Positions 62,933-64,000 of a stretch of DNA of 64,000 nt are shown here, piece after piece (position 1 is the stretch's first letter; each line of letters starts with the position of its first letter). The stretch spans positions 64,001 through 128,000 of the forward strand of contig OZ219791.1 in the NCBI GenBank assembly GCA_964291215.2. Direction: 5' to 3'. Both the position numbers and the translations under genes were made by a program. Origin of the DNA: Alphaproteobacteria bacterium (GTDB taxonomy: Bacteria; Pseudomonadota; Alphaproteobacteria; MPNO01; UBA830). The notes beneath the pieces are model-generated. The model had not been told where the DNA came from. It did not search any database and saw only the letters and a program-made list of their open reading frames with translations.

Positions 62933-63133
62933 GTCGGGTAGGCCACTGGCGCGCGCATCCTTAGGCGAAGGCTTTATCCGTCACCGCTCTTTCGATTGCG
63001 GGCGGGTTCGCAGAATCGCCATAGACCACGTTTCCAGCAGCCCCCCTAAAATTCCGTACGTCCGGTTTTCCCGGTTCAAGCATCAGGCACCCACTTGGAG
63101 TTCGGTGCGAAGCCTTCCCACGCCATAGTCAAG
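62933..63133 (-). ncRNA. ORF-less group II intron, 3' part (interrupted by another copy of itself)
   Basis: Matches 30960-31088 plus 32686-32757; same insertion site in host intron. Confidence 0.8.
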
Positions 63134-64000
63134 GTCGGGTAGGCCACTGGCGCGCGCATCCGTAGGCAGAGGCTTTGTCCGTCACCGCTCTTTCGATTGC
63201 GGGCGGGGTCGCAGTTCTCCCATAGACCACGTTTCCAGCAGCCCCCCTAAAATTCCGTACGTCCGGTTTTCCCGGTTCAAGCATCAGGCACCCACTTGGA
63301 GTTCGGTGCGGAGCCTTCCGCCGGACACGCCATGGTCAAGGCTGACCCAACCGTACCCACGGCATCCCCTTGCGTTTGCTCCGTCCTTCGACCTCGCGGC
63401 CTTTGTCGGTCGGGGCCAGTTTCTGAGCACTGGCGTTGACCTACCGCGGAACAGGCCACCTGAGCCCTGAGGTCCTCGCTCAGGACGGGTTGTGTTGTCC
63501 CGCCCGTCATCGCTTAATCGACCTCATCCGCCAGTCAGGAGGACTCCGCGTCCTTTCCCGTTTCCCGGTTATGGACGCGGTCCTTGACATGCAAGGGTCA
63601 CTTCATCCTGTCTGTCCTCCTCACCTTCCGATCTTTCACTGCTGTACTGTCCCGGATTGCCGCCGTCTCTACCACCGGGGAACCCGATGCGTGCTCTCCA
63701 GTTCTTCCGCATCGACGCTGGCCATCGGGCAGTCAGCAGGCCCTTGGCATTCCCGTTTACCCCACTAATCAGCTTCGTGTGGGATGGTTATTTCGGGGCT
63801 TCATCCAATCGTTCGCTTTCGCTGCGGCCCTCCGGTTTGCTCGCCGCCCTGGCTGACCGAACCGGCTGGACACTGTGTTCCAGCCAGCCCACAACGGCTT
63901 TCTACGTCCCAGCTCGCTGATCCAGGGTCACCCCTGAACCAATGCTACGGCGCCAAACTGGAAATTGCGCCGGCGGGACTCGCACCCGCAAGTACAGCAT
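63134..64000 (-). ncRNA. ORF-less group II intron, innermost copy (5' end just beyond window)
   Basis: Starts again at GTCGGGTAG and is colinear with the copy at 30960-33377. Confidence 0.8.

Larger units (their letters stand above)
58598..64000 (+). mobile_element. IS66-family element copy 4, interrupted at 59815 by an intron stack; right end outside window
   Basis: Left IR GTAACTGCTCACCCC at 58598; colinear with other copies to 59814. Confidence 0.88.
61438..64000 (-). mobile_element. ltrA: Group II intron with degenerate RT (copy B), tandem to copy A, interrupted at 62933
   Basis: 3' end abuts 5' end of copy A; YADDFVCGF, GKPETFDFLG. Confidence 0.9.

Noticed and set aside
62933-63340. 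About 200-bp tandem repeat or CRISPR-like array
   Set aside because: Explained by an ORF-less intron inserted into another copy; no repeat-spacer periodicity or cas genes
59815-64000. RT plus nearby repeats as a diversity-generating retroelement or retron
   Set aside because: RT lies within group II intron boundaries; repeats are whole intron copies; no adenine-specific TR/VR pair or msr/msd seen
1-64000. tRNA/rRNA genes or att sites for the integrases
   Set aside because: None recognisable by eye; tRNAscan-SE and a direct-repeat search would be needed

Overview
High-GC alphaproteobacterial-looking DNA (inference from gene content) with heavy mobile-element invasion. 1-27.5 kb: two convergent catabolic operons. 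The + strand has a peptide-type ABC transporter, OYE oxidoreductase, CMD protein, GMC oxidoreductase and DMT. The - strand has GntR, LeuCD-like hydratase, ICL/PEP-mutase-family lyase, hydantoinase A/B, cysteine hydrolase, aldolase, amidase and alpha/beta hydrolase. The last gene of each operon is split by an IS66. 27.5-64 kb: wrecked integrative/defence islands with integrases, an intact type I R-M operon (duplicated-TRD hsdS) with embedded DarTG and DUF433/PIN, two AbiE modules with truncated toxins, a TM0106 nuclease remnant, many IS (IS66 x4, IS630, IS5, IS1634, IS30 x2, ISAs1) and deeply nested group II introns (4 RT-encoding, 3 ORF-less). Most striking signal: nearly all mobile elements are riddled with clean deletions, mostly 5-7 nt, shared between copies in a non-tree-like pattern, while neighbouring host/defence ORFs are intact. 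This is a candidate repeat-targeted deletion (RIP-like) process; an assembly/consensus artefact must be excluded.
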